Shown here piece by piece: positions 28,483-39,455 of a stretch of 64,000 bases of DNA. Under the pieces are notes generated by a model. That model was not told the DNA's origin. It saw only the letters and a list, made by a program, of their open reading frames with translations, and did not search any database. The stretch covers positions 1 to 64,000 of the IMG/VR virus record IMGVR_UViG_3300025598_000023, one strand, 5' to 3'. Every line of letters begins with the position of its first letter. Positions within the stretch are counted from its first letter, which is position 1. Position numbers and translations under genes: made by a program. This stretch comes from a virus.

Positions 28483-31400
28483 ATGCCAACAACATTAACG
28501 CCTACACAACAGTTGACTGCAGCACAGAATCAACTTAATACTTGGAAAAATCAGCAGATAGCTTTAGGAAATCAACCAACTGTTGGCGATGTCAATAGAC
28601 AAATGGCTGCAATATTAAACAGTGGAGCTTACCCTGATATTGATATGGGTAAACTTAACCTTGGTTCACAAAATAGTGAAGGTTTAGTGATTAATCTTGC
28701 ACCAGATAGTTTTGTAATAAGTGGAAGTGGCGGATATGTGCAAGACACAAGCAGTGGTTATAACGGAACGCCACTGTTATCAAATGATGGACTTATAGTA
28801 AGCAGTCAAAATAGTGATGCAGTTGCAGCGGCGCAAGCAGCTTCAGTAGCAGCACAACAAGTAGCAAACGATGCAGCAACTACGCAAAGTGGTGTAGATT
28901 TAGCAAATGCGCAAACTGCACTTGAAGCCGCACGTGCACGTGTTGCTGCACTGCAAGCACAAGCAAATAATACACCAGCAAGCGATACTACACCAACAAG
29001 TAGCAGTGAAGCACAAGCTGCAAGTAGTGCGGTCAATCAACAACAAGGCATTGAAATAAGCAGTGTTACAACAGCTAATGCACAAAATACTGCCGCAATC
29101 GCTCAACAAAATGCAGCCGCAAGTGCAGCACAACAAGCAGATTTAGCAACACTACAAGCACAATATGCTGCGAGTAATACAAATAATACAGCACAAAGCA
29201 GCGATACAGGAACGCCAAATGGTGGTTTTAATACTCTAACAAGTGGCACTGGACCTACACAAATACCGCCTGGCGATGCAACTGTTATTGTTCCAAATCA
29301 AACAATTAACGCTGCTACCAATGGTCTAACTGAAGATGCAAGCAGCAACGCAGTTACATCTATTACTAATACTACTAGGTTTGCAGACCAAACTAGTGGC
29401 AGTGGCATTAAAAGTGACAGTAGCGCACCACAAACAAATAGCATAGCAGTAGCTAGCAGCAATAACAATAATAACACTTCTAAAATTACAAGTAGTGGAC
29501 CTGCATCATCAATTGACAACAGTGGCAGCACTAATGGTTCACCGCAACCATCTACCACTTATGCAGGTCGCACTAATAAATTGCATGATTATACAAATTA
29601 TACCTATCGTATTTCAATTTATGCAATACCACGTGAAACTATTAATCAAATTTATGCACAAAAAATTTATCCTGGCAATGAATTTGCGCTTATGAATAAT
29701 GCCGTATTTGTCGCAAGTGATAGTGGAATGAGTGCCTCTGTAGCAAATCGCTCTTATTTTCCTACAGATTTAACTATTGACAATTTGGAAATTCAAACTA
29801 TTGTTAATAGTAGCGGTGACCAAACACGTGCTACAGATGTTATTAAACTTAAATTTGATATTATTGAGCCATACACGGTAAGTTTCTTGGCAAGATTACA
29901 AAAATGTGCTGCATCACTTAATCCTGAACCAAACTTTAATTGGTCAAACACATTCTTTGTTATGAAGATAGAATTTTTAGGTTATAATGACAAAGGTGAG
30001 CCAATTGCGCCTACTATATCAAGCGATGGCTCTGCACAAGTTATACCCAACACAACAAAATATATACCATTTACTTTTGTTAATATGAAGTTTAAAATAA
30101 CATCTAGTGGTGGAGTTTATACCTGCGATGCGATACCTGCAAATTCTATGGCATTAAGTGCACTTGATAATACAATACCATTCCATATTGAAATTAAAGG
30201 TGGTAGTATTTTAGATTTGTTTAATGGTGATTTAGCTAGCACTACTACAACAACTGAACTAGTAAGACCTAACAGTGCTGACCAAGAATTGCGAACAACA
30301 ACTACTCAAAATACAGTAAGTGGCAATCAAACTACTGTTAAAAAAGGTATTAAAGACGCTCTTAATATTGGTGAAGTAGAAAAAACAAATCAAAAAGATG
30401 ACAAAGGCAATCACACAGGTCAAAATTTGGCAAACACGTATGCATTTGAGTTTACTAATGATTTGTTAAGTGCTAAAGTCATTGACCCACAAACATTCAA
30501 AGACCAAAGCGTTGCCATTGGTGGTTCCACAGATGCCAATGCTAAAAAACAAGGTCAAACTGGTGTTTTAACCATTACAACTGATAGTCAATCATTTCGT
30601 GCCAGTGCTGGCACACGCATCACTGATTTTATTGGCAGTGTTATTACAGTAAGTGATTATATGACTGGTCAAAATACTACAAGTGGTCACGATAGTCAGC
30701 CTGTAAAAACTTGGAAAATTACTCCTGTAATTAAATTTGGGTCAATTGATCCTGGCACAGGTTATTACCAACGTGATATCAAATATGTTGTAATGCCATA
30801 CACAATGTATGGTCATGATGCGCCTGGTTTTGGACAAGCACCAGTAAGTAAGTCACAAATAGTAAAAACCTACACTTATCTGTATAGTGGTCAAAACCGT
30901 GATGTTATAGATGCTAATATCGAGTTTAACATGGCTTTCTTTGAGTATAAGAATGGTGTGCCAGCAAATTATATTAATAAAGCAAATGATGAAAGCGGTA
31001 ACAAATCACAACAAACATATAGCGGCGGCAGTTATAATGATGCTGCAGATGGGCGTTTTTTCAAACCACGTTATCACTATGTTCGTGGTTTAGCTGACCG
31101 TCAAAACACAGGACCAACAACAGTAAGCGCACAAACTATTGCTGTTCAAGAATTAATGGAAAAATTGCTTGATAATCGTGGTGATATGATTACACTTGAT
31201 TTTACTATTATTGGTGACCCTGATTGGATAAGTCAAGATTACGCACTTATGCATCCATCTGTTGTTGGCACAGCGCCATATATTGGTAGTAACGGCAGCG
31301 GTAGTATAAACTATAACAACCCTGTTTATTTTAACTTTTACTTTGCTACACCAAATGCTGATTATGATGACAATACTGGGTTGTTTAATGTTAATGGTGC

Positions 31401-31767
31401 GTATAGTGAGTTTAGTGGAATTTATCGTGTAGTTCAAGTTACAAGCACATTTAGTGGTGGTAAATTTACGCAAAAACTAAAAAATTACCGTGTTCGTAAT
31501 CAACAAGAAGTTCAATCAACACCAGTAAGAGCTGATAATGTGAATAATTCAGCTCCAACAAGCACAGATAATTCTAATAATCCACCAGCAGAACCTGCAA
31601 AACATACAGCAAAAACTGCAGTTAATCGTCCTGATAATGGCGGCGGCGGTTCAACTACAAGCCCATCTACTACTATTTTTAATGATAACACTGGACAACC
31701 ATTTGTTGCTCCTACACCTAAAACAGGCATAGCAGAAGATCATGGTTATATTTTAGGAAATGACTAA
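28483..31767 (+). CDS. Baseplate hub-like protein with long low-complexity N-terminus
   Basis: Lies between gp53 and gp5; C-terminal IIGDP and GIYRVVQVTSTFSGGKFTQKL pattern of gp27/Mu gp44-like hubs. Confidence 0.6.
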   Translation: MPTTLTPTQQLTAAQNQLNTWKNQQIALGNQPTVGDVNRQMAAILNSGAYPDIDMGKLNLGSQNSEGLVINLAPDSFVISGSGGYVQDTSSGYNGTPLLSNDGLIVSSQNSDAVAAAQAASVAAQQVANDAATTQSGVDLANAQTALEAARARVAALQAQANNTPASDTTPTSSSEAQAASSAVNQQQGIEISSVTTANAQNTAAIAQQNAAASAAQQADLATLQAQYAASNTNNTAQSSDTGTPNGGFNTLTSGTGPTQIPPGDATVIVPNQTINAATNGLTEDASSNAVTSITNTTRFADQTSGSGIKSDSSAPQTNSIAVASSNNNNNTSKITSSGPASSIDNSGSTNGSPQPSTTYAGRTNKLHDYTNYTYRISIYAIPRETINQIYAQKIYPGNEFALMNNAVFVASDSGMSASVANRSYFPTDLTIDNLEIQTIVNSSGDQTRATDVIKLKFDIIEPYTVSFLARLQKCAASLNPEPNFNWSNTFFVMKIEFLGYNDKGEPIAPTISSDGSAQVIPNTTKYIPFTFVNMKFKITSSGGVYTCDAIPANSMALSALDNTIPFHIEIKGGSILDLFNGDLASTTTTTELVRPNSADQELRTTTTQNTVSGNQTTVKKGIKDALNIGEVEKTNQKDDKGNHTGQNLANTYAFEFTNDLLSAKVIDPQTFKDQSVAIGGSTDANAKKQGQTGVLTITTDSQSFRASAGTRITDFIGSVITVSDYMTGQNTTSGHDSQPVKTWKITPVIKFGSIDPGTGYYQRDIKYVVMPYTMYGHDAPGFGQAPVSKSQIVKTYTYLYSGQNRDVIDANIEFNMAFFEYKNGVPANYINKANDESGNKSQQTYSGGSYNDAADGRFFKPRYHYVRGLADRQNTGPTTVSAQTIAVQELMEKLLDNRGDMITLDFTIIGDPDWISQDYALMHPSVVGTAPYIGSNGSGSINYNNPVYFNFYFATPNADYDDNTGLFNVNGAYSEFSGIYRVVQVTSTFSGGKFTQKLKNYRVRNQQEVQSTPVRADNVNNSAPTSTDNSNNPPAEPAKHTAKTAVNRPDNGGGGSTTSPSTTIFNDNTGQPFVAPTPKTGIAEDHGYILGND

Positions 31768-34700
31768 TGACCGACATTTTTGAACAAGAATATAAAAAAG
31801 CACCACATCACACACGTCACGAAAGTGCCAGCGGCGTTCGTATATCGCCTGGTCCCTATGTTGGAATTGTTAAAAATAATACTGATCCGCTGCGAAGCGG
31901 TAAACTTCAAGTATGGATTGCTGAACTCGGTGGTAGTCCTACAGATGAAGGCAGTTGGAAAACCGTAAGTTATTGCACACCATTTTATGGTGTAACAAAT
32001 AATCGTGACAATAGCGGGTATGACCATCATCCACACAGTTATGGTATGTGGTTTGTGCCACCTGACATTGGTGTAAAAGTTCTTTGCACATTTGCTAATG
32101 GTAATCCATTTGATGGTTACTGGTTTGGTTGTATTCCTGAATGGCCTAATATGTATAATATGCCTGGTTTGGCTGGTGCATTAGATGGTTCAATACCAGC
32201 ACCAGTAACAAATGGTTATACAGATAATTTAACACCTGGCACATTGTCTAATATTGGTCCACTCAAGGACCAAAATGGTAATAATATTCGTATAGCTCAT
32301 GATTATCAAAAAAAGATATGGGATAAGCAAAATCTAACCAATGACCCAGATCGTGGACCTGGTACAAGCAGTGCGTTCCGTGAAACACCAAGCAGTGTTT
32401 TTGGTATTTCTACGCCAGGTCAACCTATAAACCCCAATGATCCACAGTTTTTTACAAATAAAAATGGTGACCAAGAGTATGGCGTAAGTGGTCGCAAAGG
32501 CGGTCATACACTGGTTATGGACGATGGTGATGCAAACGTCAAAAACGCAATGTTTAGATTGCGTAGTGCCAATGGTCATATGATTTTGATGAATGACACT
32601 AAAGATTTCATTTACATTATCAATAGTAAAGGCACAGCTTGGGTAGAAATTAATGCTGCTGGCGATATCAATGTTTATGCGCAAAGCAATCTTAATATTG
32701 AAGCTAAAGGTGGTATGCAATTAGAAACACAAGGCGCACTTAAACTACATGGTAAGACTGTAGATATCGTAAGTGATGGCGCTTTTAACATGCAAGGCAC
32801 AGATATTAATATTTTAGGCAGTGGCAGCACAAAAGTTACAGGCAAATCATCGCTGCATCTAAAAGGCATGAATACATATCTTACTGGAGATAGTTGTATT
32901 CAAATTAAAAGTGATGGTCACATTGACCTTAAAGGCGCATGTCACACAATTAATACAGCAGATGCTAATAAAGCCACCGAAGCAAGCGGCGCATCACAGC
33001 CAAGCAATATGCCAACTGCTGAACCTTGGACTGGTCATAATAGTCCAACTGCACCCACAAGTCAACCAGCATACGGTCAACAACAAGGTTTACCACCATC
33101 AAATGGTTCAAATAGTACAAGTGCAGGTCAATTTGGTGCTGCTAATAATTTCGGTAGTAGCAATGTTCAACAAAGCTATGGTCCAATGACTAATAATATA
33201 CCGCCTGTAACATATTCAAATTATGGTTATAACTCTGCAGGTGCTGGCAGCATTGCTGGCAGTTACACTGATTTAAATTCTACACCAGGCACAAGTTATC
33301 TTGTAAGTGGTGCTATTGCAGGTGCAGTAGCAGGCATTGTTTTTGGAAGTGGAGCTAGCTTTGATGTATCAGATATATCAACAGGCAGCAGCAATCCAAA
33401 ATATAGCACTGGTGAGGCACAAAATAATCCTGGTAATTTACCTTATAACAATAGTGATTCTTATGCAGTTGGTTTTGCTAATGGTCTAGCAGTTTACACT
33501 AAACCTGAATCAGGTATTGCAGCGTTGGCTAAACTTTTCCAAGGTTACAATACAAGTACATCAGTGACTTGTATTGATTTAATAACTAAGTTCTTAAACG
33601 CACAAAGTAGCAGTGATCCAAATGTAATTAATATGACACGTTATATGCAAACAAATTTAGGTATCAACAGCAAAGACCATGTTGCATTAACTGATCCAAC
33701 TACGCTACTTGGTTGGGTATCTACTGTAATAAAATATGTGCAAGGACGCCTTATCTATACATATGACCAAATTGTTAGTGGTTGTGCGATAAGTCTGAAT
33801 GAAAGTAATACTACATTCTTGAATGGTTTACAACCTATTACACAGCCTTGGCAAAACAATGGCGGCACTAACCAGTATAGTGGATTTGTTAATCCAGCAA
33901 CTACACCTAGTGTGGCAAATAAAGGCAGTAGTCCACTGCAACAAATTGCAAATCGTGTAATTACTAATCTTGTAGGTGGTGCAGCATTTGGTGTTGGAAA
34001 TGCTATTGGTCAAGCTCTAAATGGTCAACAGCAAACTGGGGGCGGCAGTTATGGATTTGTTGATTCACCAGTTAATAATATAGGAACAACTGCTGGTCAG
34101 ACTGCTTATACTAATTATTTGGGACAAAGTGTAGGCAGTGGTCAGTGCGTAGCACTTGTTCAAGCCGCAAGCGGAGTTGGTAATACAAGCACTTGGGTGC
34201 CAGGTAATAGCGTTCTAAATGGCACTACACAACCTGGAACAGTTATTGCTTGTGGATTTACTGGACCAGGCGGAACCTATGCTAACCAAAGCGGCGAATC
34301 GCATGCTGCTATTTTTTTAGGTTATCAGTATGATACAAATGGTAATATAAGCGGTATTCGTGTTCAAGACCAATGGGCTGGTCAGCCTTGTGGAACACGC
34401 ACTATAAGTATAGATCAAGCAAAAGCAGAAGGTGCACAAAACTTTAGCGAAGTTACACATGATGGCAGCACAGCAATTCAAGCTGCTGGCTCACCACAAG
34501 TAGTAACACAAAATCAAATTGATCAGATTAATGGTAACTCACCAACTTATAGTTCACAGTCACAAAATGTAAGTGGCAGTAGTCCAACAAGCGAATCAAA
34601 CGCTTATAATTATGATAACACTGGTTATCGTGATTTGAGCGCAACAGGCACAACTGGTCCAGTGCCACTACCACCAAGTAATCCTTCGGTTATAAGTGCT

Positions 34701-35618
34701 AACAGTCCTACTGCAAGTAACGGCACAATTGCTTATAATGGTGGTGCTACTGCAAGCGACAACGTGGCTGCAAGTGTTCCAAATTATCCAGTTACACCAC
34801 AAGGTGCTAATCCAGCAGATATTGCTGGTGGTGGTTTTGGTGCACCAAGCAGTGGCAGCGGCGGCGTAGCATATCAACAGATTACATCACTGCAAGGGTT
34901 GCAACGAGTTTATGATCCTACAACTGACAGTTACAATTTTATTGGTAAAACAAGCAATGGTTCTACTGTAAGTATAAGCCAATCAACAGTAGATCAGCTT
35001 ACAATACAAGGTCAAGATAAAGCAAGTCTCAATGAAATTGGTGTTGATGGACTTTATCAAATACAACAAAATAATGCAGCGGCTACAAGTTCAACTGATT
35101 ATAGTGGCGTTGTAAATCAAGGTGTCAGTTCTACACCTACCCCAAGCACTGATTATGTTCCACTTGATACAGGTATTGCGGCACAACAACATAATTATGC
35201 AAATGACACCAGTTATCTATATGACACCACTGCTCGTCGTGATCCAATTAGTAGTCCAGATGCTGCTGCATATGGTGACAAGTATAGCGCAACTGTTGTA
35301 AATGCTCCAACCAATACGCCTACAAATATAGCAGCAAATCCTGGTGATATTGCATCTGGAGGATACGGCACAGGTGATAATCAAAGTTCAACTGGCAGTG
35401 TAGTTGGCACAAAATCACCATCAACCAATACTGCACAAGCTACATCAAACCCTGGTGATTTAGCTGGCGGAGGTTTTGGAAGTGGCAGCAGTGGCGGCAC
35501 AACATCGGTTGCACCTATTACTGGTAATCAACCAGCGCCAGCAACGGGTGGTCAAACTGGTGCACAAAGCACACCAAGCGGCAGTGCATCTACTGGTGCT
35601 GCAGGTAAGAGTTGTTAA
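31767..35618 (+). CDS. gp5: Central spike gp5/VgrG-like protein with added hydrolase domains
   Basis: DPLRSGKLQVWI OB-fold, GMWFVPPDIG, GH-repeat beta-helix; NNPGN domain and CVALVQ..HAAIFLG..DQW domain. Confidence 0.8.
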   Translation: MTDIFEQEYKKAPHHTRHESASGVRISPGPYVGIVKNNTDPLRSGKLQVWIAELGGSPTDEGSWKTVSYCTPFYGVTNNRDNSGYDHHPHSYGMWFVPPDIGVKVLCTFANGNPFDGYWFGCIPEWPNMYNMPGLAGALDGSIPAPVTNGYTDNLTPGTLSNIGPLKDQNGNNIRIAHDYQKKIWDKQNLTNDPDRGPGTSSAFRETPSSVFGISTPGQPINPNDPQFFTNKNGDQEYGVSGRKGGHTLVMDDGDANVKNAMFRLRSANGHMILMNDTKDFIYIINSKGTAWVEINAAGDINVYAQSNLNIEAKGGMQLETQGALKLHGKTVDIVSDGAFNMQGTDINILGSGSTKVTGKSSLHLKGMNTYLTGDSCIQIKSDGHIDLKGACHTINTADANKATEASGASQPSNMPTAEPWTGHNSPTAPTSQPAYGQQQGLPPSNGSNSTSAGQFGAANNFGSSNVQQSYGPMTNNIPPVTYSNYGYNSAGAGSIAGSYTDLNSTPGTSYLVSGAIAGAVAGIVFGSGASFDVSDISTGSSNPKYSTGEAQNNPGNLPYNNSDSYAVGFANGLAVYTKPESGIAALAKLFQGYNTSTSVTCIDLITKFLNAQSSSDPNVINMTRYMQTNLGINSKDHVALTDPTTLLGWVSTVIKYVQGRLIYTYDQIVSGCAISLNESNTTFLNGLQPITQPWQNNGGTNQYSGFVNPATTPSVANKGSSPLQQIANRVITNLVGGAAFGVGNAIGQALNGQQQTGGGSYGFVDSPVNNIGTTAGQTAYTNYLGQSVGSGQCVALVQAASGVGNTSTWVPGNSVLNGTTQPGTVIACGFTGPGGTYANQSGESHAAIFLGYQYDTNGNISGIRVQDQWAGQPCGTRTISIDQAKAEGAQNFSEVTHDGSTAIQAAGSPQVVTQNQIDQINGNSPTYSSQSQNVSGSSPTSESNAYNYDNTGYRDLSATGTTGPVPLPPSNPSVISANSPTASNGTIAYNGGATASDNVAASVPNYPVTPQGANPADIAGGGFGAPSSGSGGVAYQQITSLQGLQRVYDPTTDSYNFIGKTSNGSTVSISQSTVDQLTIQGQDKASLNEIGVDGLYQIQQNNAAATSSTDYSGVVNQGVSSTPTPSTDYVPLDTGIAAQQHNYANDTSYLYDTTARRDPISSPDAAAYGDKYSATVVNAPTNTPTNIAANPGDIASGGYGTGDNQSSTGSVVGTKSPSTNTAQATSNPGDLAGGGFGSGSSGGTTSVAPITGNQPAPATGGQTGAQSTPSGSASTGAAGKSC

Positions 35619-35626
35619 ATACTGAC

Positions 35627-36013
35627 ATGGCATTGTATAAAGGTTATAGCAGCGTAAATCGTGATTTTGGACCGTTTAATATCACTGACAATGATTTAAT
35701 CGTTCAAGACCTATTGAACTATCTTAGTATTCGCAAAGGTGAAAAACTTCATAACCCAAATTTTGGCACAATTATTTGGAATAGGTTGTTTGATCCACTT
35801 ACGCCAGCACTAAAAAGTGAAATCAAGCAAGATATTGATCGTATCATTGCTTATGACCCACGCTTTAGTGTAGTAACACAAACTATAGTGCAAGAAAGTC
35901 CAGATGGTCAAGGATTAATTTTAAATTTTAGTTTGCGTTTTGCAACTGACAACAAGATTGCAGACCTTAATGTTTTATTCAATAAAACCAGTAATCAATT
36001 ATATGTGTTGTAA
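35627..36013 (+). CDS. gp25: Baseplate wedge subunit gp25-like
   Basis: RKGEKLHNPNFGT..LFDP..YDPR motif. Confidence 0.9.
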   Translation: MALYKGYSSVNRDFGPFNITDNDLIVQDLLNYLSIRKGEKLHNPNFGTIIWNRLFDPLTPALKSEIKQDIDRIIAYDPRFSVVTQTIVQESPDGQGLILNFSLRFATDNKIADLNVLFNKTSNQLYVL

Positions 36014-36059
36014 TAATAGTCGCATATTATTTTACAAATAAATACATTGAGGTTTTATA

Positions 36060-39000
36060 ATGGCAACTAATACTCGTCAAACCAACATTTTTGCGGCTGA
36101 AGACTGGAAAAAAATCTACACAACATTCAGTAACGCAGACTTTCAATCTTATGACTTTGAAACGCTACGCAAAGTTATGGTTGACTATATCAAAACCTAT
36201 TATGCAGAAGATTTCAATGACTTCATTGAAAGCAGCGAATATGTTGCACTATTAGATTTAATTGCATTTATGGGTCAAAGTGTTGCGTTCCGCACAGACC
36301 TTAATGCTCGTGAAAACTTTCTTGACACAGCAGAACGCCGTGATAGCGTCCTGAAACTAGTAAAACAATTAAATTATGTGCCTAACCGTAATGTTGCTGC
36401 AAGTGGTGTTTTAAAAATTAATAGTCTTAACACAACTGAAAATATTTTTGACATCAATGGTGCTAATTTAAGTCGTGTTACAGTAAATTGGAATGACGCA
36501 AATAATGCAAGTTGGGTTAGTCAGTTTACTCAAATATTAAACGCGGCAATTACAAAATCAACAAAAGTTGGTCAGCCATATGCAAGCAAAACAATCAATG
36601 GTATTAGAACAGAACAATACAATATTGCTATACCAAATACAATTTTGCCTATCTTTAATTTTTCTACAACAATTAATGATGTTGCAACTGATTTTGAAAT
36701 TGTAAGTGCAAACATTCTTAATACTGATACTATTACAGAATATGATCCTGGCAGTCGTGGTCAATTTGGTATTCTGTATCAAAACGATAGTCGTGGCAAT
36801 GCTAGTGCCAATACTGGATTTTTCCTATACTTCAAACAAGGTACACTAAACAGCACAGATTTTATTATTACAGAAAAAGTTGCTAATCGTGTATTTCCAA
36901 TTAATACAGCAAATATCAACAATAGTGATATTTGGATGTATGAAATTACAAATGGAACAATTGGTACACGTTGGACACAAGTTCCTGCAACCAGTAGTAG
37001 CAGTGCAATTTATAATAGTGTAGCACGTGGTGTTCGCACACTGTATAGTGTAGATACACGCATCAATGACCAAATTGATTTAATCTTTGGTGATGGCACA
37101 TTCAGTGATATTCCACTTGGCACTTATCGCACATATTATCGTGTAAGCAATGGCTTAACATATCGTATTACGCCAAGCGATATGAGCAGCATTACTGCTG
37201 CAATTCCATATATTGATAACACTGGCAAACCGCAAACTCTTACAATTAATGCAAGTTTACAATATACAGTAAGTAACAGTTCACGCCGTGATTTAACTAA
37301 CGAAATTAAACTTAAAGCACCACAGGCTTATTATAGTCAAAATCGTATGGTTAATGGTGAAGATTATAATACTTTCCCATACACAAGTTATAGTGACATT
37401 GTTAAAGTAAAAAGTGTAAATCGTTATGCAAGTGGTGTAAGTCGTGGTCTAGATATTACTGATCCAACTGGCAAATATACTTCAACTGATTTATATGGAC
37501 GTGATGGTGTTATCTATGAAGATGTTTTTGACCAAGCGTTTAATTTTACTTACACAAGTCGTAATGATGTAATCAATGTAATTGATACAAGAATATTACC
37601 AATTATTCAAGATTATCCAATGCGTCAATTTTATTTTGAAAATTATACACCATTGGATTTTACTACACTGCAACCAACTGTTTGGTCACGCAGCACTGAT
37701 GATACTACTACATCTACTGGATTCTTTTTAGATGCAAACAACACAGGAAATGGTCCACAACAAATTTCAACATCAACAACAAGTTATCGCAAATACTTGC
37801 AAGTAAACAGTTTGATTAAGTTTGTAGCACCAACAGGTCAATATTTTGATGCAACTAATACTCTTATTACTGGCACACCTACACTTACTAGTGATAGAAC
37901 TTATATCTGGGCAAGTATTCAAAGTATTACTGGAACTGGTGCTAGCAGTGTGCTTGTGGCTGGCCGCAATATTGGTGCAGTAACGCTAAGCGAAAGTATT
38001 CCAAGTAACGCAATTGTTAGCCAAGTATATGTGCCATTTGCTACTACTTTCCAATATACAACTACAAATACATTGGTAAGTTATATACTAAACAAAACTG
38101 AATTTGCTCTGATTTATGATTATACTAAAACTGCTGGTGTAAACGACCCTTGGACCATTATTCCAATTTCAAGTGTTAATACTATGAATGACTTTGATTT
38201 GGCTACACAATATTCTACAAGTGATACCAGTTGGTTAATACGTTTTAATACTGATGGTCAAAAATACACAGTAACATATCGCCAATTAAATTATGTTTTT
38301 GGTAGTGGTGGTCAAGTTAGTTTTATAAGCACTAACCCTACTCCTGTTTATGATGCAGCAACAAATACTCTTGTTCGTGATAATATCAGATTAACAACTG
38401 TAAACAGTAATATTACTAAAGATGTAAACATGAGTGTTTATAAAAATTATATTACTAGCGATGGCTATACTGATAGTAGTAGAATTTATGTAACTTATCC
38501 TACTAGTGCTACAAGTGGATTACCTACTGACCCAAACATTTTTACTGAATCTGCAAGTGCAAATCCTAATTACGTATTCTTTAAGTTATACACAGATAGC
38601 GACAATTTATTGCGTTGGCAGTTAGTTCCAGTTGGTGGAGTAGTATCAATTTACGCAACACTTGCAGATATTAATTATGTTCGCAATAATTTTCCATCTG
38701 GCACTGTATTTTATGCAACAACTGATGATACATTTTATCAAACCCAATCAACAAACGGCGTTATAAGTGTTGTAAGTGCAGATGGTTATTGGGAAGTTTA
38801 TTATGGACGCCAAGATTTAGTATTTGAGTACCAACACAATGCAGAAAATACTCGTCGCCTTGATCCTGCTGCCACCAATCTTATTGATACTTACATCCTT
38901 ACACGAAGCTATGATGAAAGTTATCGTAACTACGTTTATGACAATACTGGAACGGTTGCGAAACCCACTGACTTAGACAGTGTTCAGTTAAACAGTAGTT

Positions 39001-39452
39001 ATAGTGGATTGTTTAATTATAAAATGCTTAGTGATGAAATGGTTTTGAACGCTGGTGTTTATAAATTATTATTTGGTTCTAAGTCTGAATTACAATTACA
39101 AGCAAACTTCCAAGTAGTAAAAAATTCTTCAACTACACTAAGTGACACTGAAATTAAAACACGTGTGATTGATGCAATCAACACTTATTTTAGTTTAGAT
39201 AATTGGGATTTTGGTGATACTTTCTATTTTAGCGAATTGGCAGCATACCTACATCAACAGTTAAGCAGTTATATCAGTAGTATTATTTTAGTTCCTATTG
39301 ATACAAATAGTTATTTTGGTAGTCTTTATGAAATTCGTTGTCAACCAAATGAAATCTTTTTAAGTGCAGCAACTGTTGATAACGTGCAAATTGTTCAAAG
39401 TGTATTAAGCGGTATTAATACTGCTGGCGTAAATCTGTATACAGGATATTAA
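36060..39452 (+). CDS. gp6: Baseplate wedge subunit gp6-like
   Basis: DFIESSE, ENFLDTAERRDSV, FGDG, APQAYYSQNRMVNGEDY motifs. Confidence 0.88.
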   Translation: MATNTRQTNIFAAEDWKKIYTTFSNADFQSYDFETLRKVMVDYIKTYYAEDFNDFIESSEYVALLDLIAFMGQSVAFRTDLNARENFLDTAERRDSVLKLVKQLNYVPNRNVAASGVLKINSLNTTENIFDINGANLSRVTVNWNDANNASWVSQFTQILNAAITKSTKVGQPYASKTINGIRTEQYNIAIPNTILPIFNFSTTINDVATDFEIVSANILNTDTITEYDPGSRGQFGILYQNDSRGNASANTGFFLYFKQGTLNSTDFIITEKVANRVFPINTANINNSDIWMYEITNGTIGTRWTQVPATSSSSAIYNSVARGVRTLYSVDTRINDQIDLIFGDGTFSDIPLGTYRTYYRVSNGLTYRITPSDMSSITAAIPYIDNTGKPQTLTINASLQYTVSNSSRRDLTNEIKLKAPQAYYSQNRMVNGEDYNTFPYTSYSDIVKVKSVNRYASGVSRGLDITDPTGKYTSTDLYGRDGVIYEDVFDQAFNFTYTSRNDVINVIDTRILPIIQDYPMRQFYFENYTPLDFTTLQPTVWSRSTDDTTTSTGFFLDANNTGNGPQQISTSTTSYRKYLQVNSLIKFVAPTGQYFDATNTLITGTPTLTSDRTYIWASIQSITGTGASSVLVAGRNIGAVTLSESIPSNAIVSQVYVPFATTFQYTTTNTLVSYILNKTEFALIYDYTKTAGVNDPWTIIPISSVNTMNDFDLATQYSTSDTSWLIRFNTDGQKYTVTYRQLNYVFGSGGQVSFISTNPTPVYDAATNTLVRDNIRLTTVNSNITKDVNMSVYKNYITSDGYTDSSRIYVTYPTSATSGLPTDPNIFTESASANPNYVFFKLYTDSDNLLRWQLVPVGGVVSIYATLADINYVRNNFPSGTVFYATTDDTFYQTQSTNGVISVVSADGYWEVYYGRQDLVFEYQHNAENTRRLDPAATNLIDTYILTRSYDESYRNYVYDNTGTVAKPTDLDSVQLNSSYSGLFNYKMLSDEMVLNAGVYKLLFGSKSELQLQANFQVVKNSSTTLSDTEIKTRVIDAINTYFSLDNWDFGDTFYFSELAAYLHQQLSSYISSIILVPIDTNSYFGSLYEIRCQPNEIFLSAATVDNVQIVQSVLSGINTAGVNLYTGY

Positions 39453-39455
39453 TAA

